The notes below the pieces were generated by a model. It worked only from the letters and a program-made list of their open reading frames with translations, was not told where the DNA came from and did not search any database. A stretch of 20,000 nt of DNA from Desulfobacterales bacterium (GTDB lineage Bacteria; Desulfobacterota; Desulfobacteria; Desulfobacterales; UBA2245): NCBI GenBank assembly GCA_040771865.1, contig JAXGZF010000004.1, forward strand, positions 461,905 through 481,904, in the 5' to 3' direction. Positions 1 through 7,657 of this stretch are shown piece after piece. The first letter of the stretch is position 1; each line of letters begins with the position of its first letter. The position numbers were made by a program, and so were the translations under genes.

Positions 1-1118
1 GCAACGCGATCAACAACATGATCGAGGCCAACCTGAAGGGCGTGAAGTTTATCGCGGCCAATACGGATGCCCAGGCCCTGGAAATGTCCAAGGCCCCAAC
101 GTTGATTCAGATCGGCGAGCGGTTGACCGAAGGCCTGGGCGCGGGCGCCAATCCGCAGGTGGGAAAAGAGGCGGCTCTGGAAAACGCGGATGATATTCGC
201 GCCGCACTGGCCGACAGCCATATGGTTTTTATCACGGCCGGATTCGGCGGAGGCACCGGCACCGGGGCGGCCCCGGTGATCGCCGAAATCGCCAAGGAGC
301 TCGGCGCGCTGACCGTGGCCGTGGTGACCCGCCCGTTCTCCTTTGAGGGCAAAAAAAGGGCCAGACAGGCGGAAGAGGGGATCGAGGCCCTGAAAGAGCT
401 GGCCGATACGGTCATCACCATTCCCAACGACCGGCTACGAGGCATCGCCGGAAAGAATGCCAAGATGCTGGAGATGTTCAAAAAAGCCGATGAAATTCTG
501 CTGCATTCGGTCAAGAGCATCACGGACCTGATCATGATCAAGGGCCTGGTCAACCTGGACTTTGCCGATGTTCGGACCATCATGTCCAAAGCGGGAATGG
601 CGATCATGGGCATCGGAATCGCCAGCGGCGAGAACCGCGCGGTTACCGCCGCCGAACGGGCCATTTCCCATCCGCTTCTGGAAGATATCTCCATTGCCGG
701 CGCCAGAGGCGTGCTGGTCAATATCGCCAGCACCAGCGATCTGACCATGGAGGAGATGACCGAGGCTTCGGAGCGCATCTACACCGAGGTCGGGGAGGAC
801 GCGGAAATCATCTGGGGCGCGGTGGTGGATGATAGCCTGGGCGACGAGATCCGGGTCACCGTGATCGCCACGGGTATTGGAACCGAGAGCGAAAGACCGG
901 CGAAGGGCAGAAAAATAACGGATGTCGCTCCCCGGGGAAGGCTTCGGGATGTCACGCCGGAAGACATTCAGCAGGCCGTTGATTATGAAGAGCCGACCTA
1001 CATCCGCCAGCGGGCGGGCGGTGAAGGGAGCGGAGCAAAATTCCCCGGTTACAAGGGAATCGTTCTGGACAGCAATGATCTGGAAATTCCCACGTTTTTG
1101 AGAAGAAAGGCGGATTGA
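1..1118 (+). CDS. ftsZ: Cell division protein FtsZ (5' end outside window)
   Basis: Frame open from base 3 (NAINNMIEANL). Tubulin/FtsZ signature GGGTGTG, NLDFADV T7 loop and C-terminal peptide LEIPTFLRRKAD. Confidence 0.99.
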   Translation, partial: NAINNMIEANLKGVKFIAANTDAQALEMSKAPTLIQIGERLTEGLGAGANPQVGKEAALENADDIRAALADSHMVFITAGFGGGTGTGAAPVIAEIAKELGALTVAVVTRPFSFEGKKRARQAEEGIEALKELADTVITIPNDRLRGIAGKNAKMLEMFKKADEILLHSVKSITDLIMIKGLVNLDFADVRTIMSKAGMAIMGIGIASGENRAVTAAERAISHPLLEDISIAGARGVLVNIASTSDLTMEEMTEASERIYTEVGEDAEIIWGAVVDDSLGDEIRVTVIATGIGTESERPAKGRKITDVAPRGRLRDVTPEDIQQAVDYEEPTYIRQRAGGEGSGAKFPGYKGIVLDSNDLEIPTFLRRKAD

Positions 1119-1157
1119 TCGGCGGATCTGCAGGCAGACCGCGGATGATGCTTTTGA

Positions 1158-2873
1158 ATGACAATCAAGAAACCCAATAAACCCGGAGAGCCGGTCGAAT
1201 CCGGCGTGATCCGGAAAAACTGGCGTGGAAAAATCCGGGTGGCGCTGGCATATCCGAGCCGCTACCGCATCGGCATGTCCAATCTGGGTTTTCAGACGGT
1301 CTATCAGCAGCTCAACGCCTTCGAAAACGTGGTCTGCGAGCGGGTTTTTTCGCCCGAAGACGAGGCCGGTGCGGCAACGCCGGTGTTGTCTGTTGAATCC
1401 AGGCAGCCTCTGGCCGCTTTCGATATCGTTGCCTTTTCCATATCCTTCGAGAACGACTATTCGAACGTTCTGCGTATTTTGAAAGCAGCCGGGCTCCCCC
1501 TGCGATCCGAAAACAGAGTTTTCCCCCATCCTCTGGTGATCGCAGGGGGAGTAGCCTGCCTGCTGAATCCCGAACCCGTGTCTCCCTTCATCGACTGTTT
1601 CCTGATCGGCGAAGCCGAAACCCTGCTCGGCGAGTTTCTGGAACGCTTCGATTCAAAGGCCGAACGTTCGGCCATGCTCGACGAGATGGCCAGGACTCTT
1701 CCGGGGATCTATGTTCCGAAAAACTACCAGGTTCGGTATCACCGGAACGGCGCCATCGCCGAAAGGATTCCGCTCAACGGAGCCCCTTCAATGGTTCGAC
1801 GCCGGTATCTGGCCGATATTTCGAAGACCGCCACCTGTTCGTGTATTCTGACGCCCGACGCGGTCTTCAACGATTCGTTTCTGGTGGAGGTCGGCCGGGG
1901 GTGTCCGCACGGATGCCGGTTCTGCGCAGCGGGTTTTGTATACCGGCCGCCGAGGTTCAGGCCTTTGTCCATGCTGGCGGAATGCATCGCCGAAGGAAGG
2001 GCGTTGTCCGACAAGATCGGGCTGGTGGGCGCGGCGGTTTCCGATCTTCCGGGCCTCGTTGAGCTGTGCGGAAAATTCAGCCAGGACGACTGCCGTCTTT
2101 CCTTCAGTTCACTGAGGGCGGACAATCTGGCGCCGGAGCTGATCGCGGCCCTGAAAAAAAGCGGCGTCAAGACCGCCACCGTCGCCCCGGACGCCGGAAC
2201 CGAAAGACTGCGTGCGGTCATTAACAAGGGGCTGGAAGAGGCCGATATTCTGAAAGCAGCCGAAGCGCTGGTTGCCGGGGGAATTCCGAACCTGCGGCTG
2301 TACTTCATGATCGGACTTCCCACGGAAACCGACGCGGATGCCGCTGGAATCGCGGAACTCTGCAAGCGGATCAAACACCGCTTTTTAAAAGCCTCAAAAG
2401 CGCGCGGCCGCATGGGAAAAATCACGGTCAGCCTGAACTGTTTTGTCCCCAAGCCGTTTACTCCGTTTCAATGGATCGCCATGGAGGAAACCGGCGTTCT
2501 GAAATACCGGATCAAAAAAATCAGGGAGATTCTCAGAAAGGTTCCGAATGTCGAGGTGCATGCCGATATGCCCCGATGGGCCTATATCCAGGGCGTGCTG
2601 TCCAGGGGCGACCGAAGGGTCGCCGAGCTTCTGGCGGCGAATCTGGAAGATCAGGGAAACTGGGCCAGAACGTTCAAACGTTCTCCGGTGAATCCGGATT
2701 TTTATGCCTGCCGCGAGCGCGCGGATGAGGAGGTTCTGCCCTGGGACTTCATCGATCACGGAATCCGGAAATCCTATCTGCTTCAGGAACGCGACCGGGC
2801 CTTTCAGGAACAGACCACGCCGGCATGCCCGCCGGATTCTTGCGATGCCTGCCGTCGCTGCCGAAACGACTGA
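1158..2873 (+). CDS. Radical SAM protein with B12-binding-like N-terminal domain (TIGR03960-like)
   Basis: CxxxCxxC motif in EVGRGCPHGCRFC. N-terminal YPSRYRIGMSNLG, RLYFMIGLPTE, FVPKPFTPFQ, LPWDFID and Cys-rich C-terminus CPPDSCDACRRC. Confidence 0.88.
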   Translation: MTIKKPNKPGEPVESGVIRKNWRGKIRVALAYPSRYRIGMSNLGFQTVYQQLNAFENVVCERVFSPEDEAGAATPVLSVESRQPLAAFDIVAFSISFENDYSNVLRILKAAGLPLRSENRVFPHPLVIAGGVACLLNPEPVSPFIDCFLIGEAETLLGEFLERFDSKAERSAMLDEMARTLPGIYVPKNYQVRYHRNGAIAERIPLNGAPSMVRRRYLADISKTATCSCILTPDAVFNDSFLVEVGRGCPHGCRFCAAGFVYRPPRFRPLSMLAECIAEGRALSDKIGLVGAAVSDLPGLVELCGKFSQDDCRLSFSSLRADNLAPELIAALKKSGVKTATVAPDAGTERLRAVINKGLEEADILKAAEALVAGGIPNLRLYFMIGLPTETDADAAGIAELCKRIKHRFLKASKARGRMGKITVSLNCFVPKPFTPFQWIAMEETGVLKYRIKKIREILRKVPNVEVHADMPRWAYIQGVLSRGDRRVAELLAANLEDQGNWARTFKRSPVNPDFYACRERADEEVLPWDFIDHGIRKSYLLQERDRAFQEQTTPACPPDSCDACRRCRND

Positions 2874-3019
2874 ACGTTCGACCCCCCCCACACACACAAC
2901 AGCCATGCAAAAAGTTCGGATTCCGAGTTTCGCGGCATCCGCATTTTACCCTTTAACGGAATCTATGAAAAACCTCGGTAATCAATTTTTGATGCCGTTC
3001 GATTGCGGGGTTCAAGTGC

Positions 3020-3052
3020 CGGATTTTCAAAAAAAACAGTTTTGAAAATCCG
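3020..3052. repeat. Perfect 13-bp inverted repeat upstream of the cyt c3-rnf operon (operator or hairpin)
   Basis: CGGATTTTCAAAA (3020-3032), 7-nt spacer, TTTTGAAAATCCG (3040-3052), in an AT-rich intergenic region. Confidence 0.6.
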
Positions 3053-3184
3053 AATTTCGAAACCTGAAAAAATAGGAAATTGAAAAAATACTTGAAATTG
3101 TTTCCGCTTGATGATAGCAGATTCTCTTTGGTTTTAAGCGTTCATTTTACACCAACTTAACTTTCTGAAAGGGATGGATCAAAA

Positions 3185-3547
3185 ATGACAAAGAAAGATC
3201 TGCAACTTGCTTACGCCCTGGCAATTGTTTGTTTCGTTGTGGGTATTATAAGCTATGCAGCCTTTCCTGCCAAAACGCCGGATACGCCGCTCCGGCTGAT
3301 GTTTCACAGCTCGGCAGGAAAGATTTGGTTCGACCACGATACCCACGCGGATCAGGCAGGTTACGGCATTTCCTGCGAGGATTGCCATCATTACACGGAT
3401 CCGTATAAGTGCGGCGAGTGTCATGCTTTGGAGAGCGACGACGAGAGTGTTCCCAAACGGTCGGATGCTTTCCACAAGCAGTGCATAGATTGCCACAAGG
3501 AAGGCGGGGCCGGCCCGGTGGACTGCAATGCGTGTCACGTCATGTAA
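3185..3547 (+). CDS. Tetraheme class III cytochrome c (c3-type) with N-terminal membrane anchor/signal, Rnf-associated
   Basis: Four CxxCH motifs (CEDCH, CGECH, CIDCH, CNACH), c3-like FDHDTH and AFH distal His motifs, hydrophobic N-terminal helix. First gene before rnfC. Confidence 0.93.
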   Translation: MTKKDLQLAYALAIVCFVVGIISYAAFPAKTPDTPLRLMFHSSAGKIWFDHDTHADQAGYGISCEDCHHYTDPYKCGECHALESDDESVPKRSDAFHKQCIDCHKEGGAGPVDCNACHVM

Positions 3548-3580
3548 GCCAGACGGTTGCAAAACCGCTGGCTTTTTTTT
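3546..3580 (+). terminator. Intrinsic terminator-like hairpin between the cytochrome gene and rnfC
   Basis: AAGCCAG(A)CGGTT-GCAA-AACCG-CTGGCTT stem with a GNRA tetraloop, ending in a run of 8 T. Confidence 0.75.
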
Positions 3581-3621
3581 CGCCCTTTGACACTAAAACG
3601 CGAAAAGAAAAAGGTTGAATT

Positions 3622-4887
3622 ATGATTAAAAGATCATTTGTCAGTTTAACAACGCCCTCTTTTGAGTATTCTGTCAAGGACAGCTCAATCAGCGGGCCGC
3701 AGAAGGTGGCGCCGTCCAAGACGGTAAGGTTGATCATCGAGAGTCCTTTTTCAAAGTCGATTGCGCTCAAAGCCGGAAACGAGATCAAGACGGGGCAGAG
3801 GCTGTGCATCGGGAACGCATATGCCGTATCCAGCGTAACAGGCAAGATCGCATCCGTCGAAAGATACGTCAACCAGGCCGGCAAGGCCTGTACGGCGGTT
3901 TTCATCGAGGTTGCGGCCTCCGAGCAGATCGACGATGCTTTTGCCAACGCGTGCAGAAGCAACCCCCGAAAGGCCGCTCTGGAATTTCTGGCCAATGCGC
4001 CCGGAAATCCGGCCATGAGTCTGTTTGATGAAGGCAAGGGACTGGACACCGTCGTCATTTGCGGTGCGGATTCGGATCTGGAAATCGTTACCCAGCAGCA
4101 GGTTCTGGAACAGTCGACCGACGCCGTTCAAAAAGGCATTGCGGCGATCAAGAAGATTACCGGAATCAGCAACATCGTGGCGGCAGCGCCTCAGAGTCTG
4201 ATGCAGAAGGCCGGTTCGATCGGCGCCAGCGCCAAGGTCATTTCAAACGCCTATCCGGCGGCCAATCCCTACTGGATCATGAAAGACATCATCGGCAAGG
4301 TGGTTCCCGCCGGAAAATGCTGGGAGGATCTCGGGGTCTGCATTCTCAGCGCCGAGGCAGCGGCTTCGTTCGGCAAGGCTTTCGATGAGGGGAAGGTGCC
4401 CACGGAGAAAATCATTACGGTTGTCAAGAAAAACGGCGGCAAGCTTCTGGTTTCGGCCAAGATCGGCACGCTGTTCAGCGACATTCTTGCTGCGGCCGGA
4501 ATTTCGGTCGCCGGCGGCGACCGGATTACTGTCGGCGGGCCGATGACCGGATATGCCGCATATGCCGAAGATCAGGCGGTCGAGGCCGGAACGGACGCCA
4601 TCATGGTTCAGGACGCGACCGAAATCACGCCGGTATCCGATTATCCCTGCATCAACTGCGGCGAGTGCAACCGCATCTGCCCGGCCAAGATTCAGGTCAA
4701 CATGCTGGTCAGATTCTGCGAGGCGGCCAAGTACCAGGATGCGGCGGATCTGTATGATCTGGATTCCTGCATTGAATGCGGCCTGTGCAGCTATGTGTGC
4801 GTGTCGAGAATGCCGGTTTTTCAATACATTAAATTGGCAAAACATGAACTTGCCCGGATGAATACAGCGGAGGCAACGAATGACTAA
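3622..4887 (+). CDS. rnfC: Rnf complex subunit C (divergent; FMN/NADH motifs degenerate)
   Basis: Two [4Fe-4S] motifs (CINCGECNRICP, CIECGLCSYVC), GGPMTG, N-terminal sandwich-like SSVTGKI, position before rnfD. Confidence 0.9.
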   Translation: MIKRSFVSLTTPSFEYSVKDSSISGPQKVAPSKTVRLIIESPFSKSIALKAGNEIKTGQRLCIGNAYAVSSVTGKIASVERYVNQAGKACTAVFIEVAASEQIDDAFANACRSNPRKAALEFLANAPGNPAMSLFDEGKGLDTVVICGADSDLEIVTQQQVLEQSTDAVQKGIAAIKKITGISNIVAAAPQSLMQKAGSIGASAKVISNAYPAANPYWIMKDIIGKVVPAGKCWEDLGVCILSAEAAASFGKAFDEGKVPTEKIITVVKKNGGKLLVSAKIGTLFSDILAAAGISVAGGDRITVGGPMTGYAAYAEDQAVEAGTDAIMVQDATEITPVSDYPCINCGECNRICPAKIQVNMLVRFCEAAKYQDAADLYDLDSCIECGLCSYVCVSRMPVFQYIKLAKHELARMNTAEATND

Positions 4888-5839
4888 TCAGAAGAAATTT
4901 ATCGTTTCACATGCGCCTTTCTGGCATGACGGCAGTTGTATATCCGCGAGAAGCTACAATACAATGCTAGCCGCTCTGCCGGCGCTGCTGTTTGGCATTT
5001 TCCAGTACGGCATGCCGGCGGTGGGAGTGATCACTTTTTCCATCGGCTGCGCCATGCTTTGGGAAGTGATTCTGAATTTTGCGATGAAGCGCTCCGTCAG
5101 CATCGGAGACGGCAATGCCGCGGTGATAGGCCTTTTACTGGCCATGCTGCTGCCGGCGACGGCGCCGTGGTGGTTTGTGCTGGTCGGAACCTTTCTGGCC
5201 ATCGTGGTCGGCAAGATGATCTACGGCGGCATCGGGGGGAATTCCTTCAACCCCGTGGCGGTGGCGGTGGCGATTCTGGGACTTTCCTGGGGCAATGTTC
5301 TCGATTTCAGCGAAGCTTATGTCAACTATGACTTCAGCTTTTCGATGTTCTACCCGCTGGCCGCGCTCAAGGCCTTCGGCGTATCGGCCGTCAGCGGCCT
5401 TAACGCCGGCGATTTGATGATGGGCAAGCAGATCGGCGGCATCGGAGCGACCTTCGGGCTCGGACTGATCATCGGCGGCATTTACCTGATCATCCGCGGA
5501 ATCATCCGCTGGGAGATCGCCGTGTCCTTCCTGGTCGGCGTTTTTGTCACGGCCCTGCTCTTCAACATGGCGGATTCATCCAAATACGCCGGAGCGGTTT
5601 TTCACCTGCTCTCCGGCTACACCCTGATCGGCGCATTTTTTCTGGCTACAGAGGATTCCTCATCGCCGGTCAATTTCGTTCCCATGATTCTTTATGGGTT
5701 GCTTGCCGGCTTGATGACGGTTCTGATTCGAAACATCGGGGCTTATGTGGACGGCGTGATATACGCCATTCTGGTTGCCAACCTTCTCAGCCCGGTTCTG
5801 GACAAGATCCGGCCTAAAGCCATAGGAAAGGTTGTCTAA
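4880..5839 (+). CDS. rnfD: Rnf complex subunit D
   Basis: Polytopic membrane protein with GLLLAMLLP, KMIYGGIGGNSFNP, GAFFLATE and DGVIYAILVANLLSP motifs of the RnfD/NqrB family. Overlaps the rnfC stop. Confidence 0.95.
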   Translation: MTNQKKFIVSHAPFWHDGSCISARSYNTMLAALPALLFGIFQYGMPAVGVITFSIGCAMLWEVILNFAMKRSVSIGDGNAAVIGLLLAMLLPATAPWWFVLVGTFLAIVVGKMIYGGIGGNSFNPVAVAVAILGLSWGNVLDFSEAYVNYDFSFSMFYPLAALKAFGVSAVSGLNAGDLMMGKQIGGIGATFGLGLIIGGIYLIIRGIIRWEIAVSFLVGVFVTALLFNMADSSKYAGAVFHLLSGYTLIGAFFLATEDSSSPVNFVPMILYGLLAGLMTVLIRNIGAYVDGVIYAILVANLLSPVLDKIRPKAIGKVV

Positions 5840-5840
5840 C

Positions 5841-6428
5841 ATGCGTGAATTAATCAAAATGGTTGTTGTGCTTACGGTTTTATGTTTGGTTTCCGGCGGA
5901 CTTCTCGCATCCCTCCGAAACGGAACCAAGGAACAAATAGAAAACCAGCAGCTGACCTTCGTCAAGGGGCCGGCGATCAAGACAATTTTCAGCGCCGCGA
6001 GCAATGACCCGATCGCCGACCGCTTCAAGCTTAAGGACGGCGACATCGAAAGAACCTTTTTTGTCGCCAAGATCGACGGCAAGGCCCAATCCGTTGCTTT
6101 TGAAACCTATGGAAAAGGATTCGGCGGCGATATCGGCCTGATGGTCGGCGTCAATGTGAGTGACGACAAAATGGTCGGCGCCCAGGTGACCACCCACAGT
6201 GAAACCCCGGGCCTGGGTTCCAAGACCAAGGACGACCCGAAATTCTCGGGCCAGTTCAAAGGCATGGAACTCAAAGGCGATTTCAAGGTCAAGAACGATG
6301 GCGGGCAGGTGGATGCCATCAGCGGTGCTACGGTGTCTTCTCGAGGCGTTTCAGGCGCTTTGACCGAAGCCAGCACCGTGTATGCGCGTCTCAAAACTCA
6401 AATCGCTCAGAAACTTCAGGAATTTTAG
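5841..6428 (+). CDS. rnfG: Rnf complex subunit G
   Basis: N-terminal TM helix, GFGGDI, HSETPGLG and covalent-FMN motif DAISGATVSS. ATG at 5841 follows AGGAAAGG. Confidence 0.96.
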   Translation: MRELIKMVVVLTVLCLVSGGLLASLRNGTKEQIENQQLTFVKGPAIKTIFSAASNDPIADRFKLKDGDIERTFFVAKIDGKAQSVAFETYGKGFGGDIGLMVGVNVSDDKMVGAQVTTHSETPGLGSKTKDDPKFSGQFKGMELKGDFKVKNDGGQVDAISGATVSSRGVSGALTEASTVYARLKTQIAQKLQEF

Positions 6429-6437
6429 GAGATAAAG

Positions 6438-7031
6438 ATGGCAAAGACAATAGTCCAAGAATTTACCAAAGGTCTGTGGGACGAGATACCTCCTTTTCGG
6501 CTGGTGCTTGGCCTCTGCCCCACGCTGGCGGTCACAAAGTCGGTGGAGAACGGCATAGGCATGGGGCTTGCTACCACGTTCGTGATCGTGGGCTCCAACA
6601 TCCTGGTTTCGATGCTGCGCAACATCATTCCGGCCAAGGTCCGCATCGCCTGCTTTATCGTGGTGATCGCGACCTTCGTGACCGTGGTCGAGCTGCTCAT
6701 GCAGGCCTATACCTACCCCCTGTTCCTGACGCTGGGTATTTTTATTCCCTTGATCGTCGTCAACTGCATCGTGCTGGGCCGGGCCGAAGCGTTTGCCTAC
6801 AAAAACGGCGTTCTGGCTTCTACGGCCGATGGCCTGGGCATCGGAATCGGCTTTACCCTGGCGCTGGCCTCTCTGGGCGCGATCCGAGAACTCTTCGGAA
6901 ACGGCACCCTGCTGGGCGCTCAGATCATGCCGGATGCCTTCCAGCCCTTCACTTTCATGGTTCAGGCGCCGGGCGCCTTTGTGTGCCTGGGATTGATGCT
7001 GTGTGTTATGAACATACTCGGCAAGAAATAA
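6438..7031 (+). CDS. rnfE: Rnf complex subunit E
   Basis: LGLCPTLAV, LGIFIPLIVVNCIVLGRAEAFA, GAIRELFG. RBS AGGAG. Confidence 0.97.
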   Translation: MAKTIVQEFTKGLWDEIPPFRLVLGLCPTLAVTKSVENGIGMGLATTFVIVGSNILVSMLRNIIPAKVRIACFIVVIATFVTVVELLMQAYTYPLFLTLGIFIPLIVVNCIVLGRAEAFAYKNGVLASTADGLGIGIGFTLALASLGAIRELFGNGTLLGAQIMPDAFQPFTFMVQAPGAFVCLGLMLCVMNILGKK

Positions 7032-7043
7032 GAGGAGAAAACC

Positions 7044-7616
7044 ATGGATTATATCCTTCTTGCAATAAGCTGCATATTTGTTAACAATATTCTCCTTGCC
7101 CAGTACCTTGGAAACTGTCCGTTTCTCGGCACCTCCAAGAGGATGGAGACTGCAACCGGCATGGCCATGGCGGTTGTATTCGTGCTGGTGATGGCCGGCA
7201 TCATTACCTGGGTGACGGAGTATTTTCTTTTGAGACCCCTGGGGCTTGAATATTTACGCACTATCGCTTTTATTCTGGTCATTGCAGCTCTGGTTCAGTT
7301 CGTGGAGATGTTCCTGAAAAAAAGCATTCCGGCCCTGTACGCGGGTCTGGGAATCTTCCTGCCCCTGATCACCACCAACTGCGCGGTTCTGGGCGTGTGC
7401 CTGATCAATATCAACGAGGAATACAATTTTGTGACCTCGCTGATTACCTCGATCAGCTACGCGGCCGGTTTTGGCCTGGCGCTGGTGCTGTTCGCCGGGG
7501 TGCGGGAACGCATTCTTCTGGCCCGGGTGCCCAAGCCGCTGCAGGACACTTCCATCGGTCTGGTCACGGCCGGCATGCTGGCCCTGACATTTTACGCATT
7601 TAAAGGAATGGTCTGA
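7044..7616 (+). CDS. rnfA: Rnf complex subunit A
   Basis: VNNILLAQYLGNCPFLG, IAALVQFVEM, LGIFLPLITTNCAVLG. RBS AGGAG. Confidence 0.97.
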   Translation: MDYILLAISCIFVNNILLAQYLGNCPFLGTSKRMETATGMAMAVVFVLVMAGIITWVTEYFLLRPLGLEYLRTIAFILVIAALVQFVEMFLKKSIPALYAGLGIFLPLITTNCAVLGVCLININEEYNFVTSLITSISYAAGFGLALVLFAGVRERILLARVPKPLQDTSIGLVTAGMLALTFYAFKGMV

Positions 7617-7657
7617 TCATTCTCCCGTTACCGGGATAACAATACAAGGAGGCCATT

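Noticed and set aside
2882..2900. C7 plus (CA)n low-complexity tract
   Set aside because: Short, intergenic and not placed in an evident promoter or CDS, so no support for phase variation.
107..2906. Minus-strand ORFs over ftsZ and the radical SAM gene
   Set aside because: Antisense shadows of confidently identified genes.
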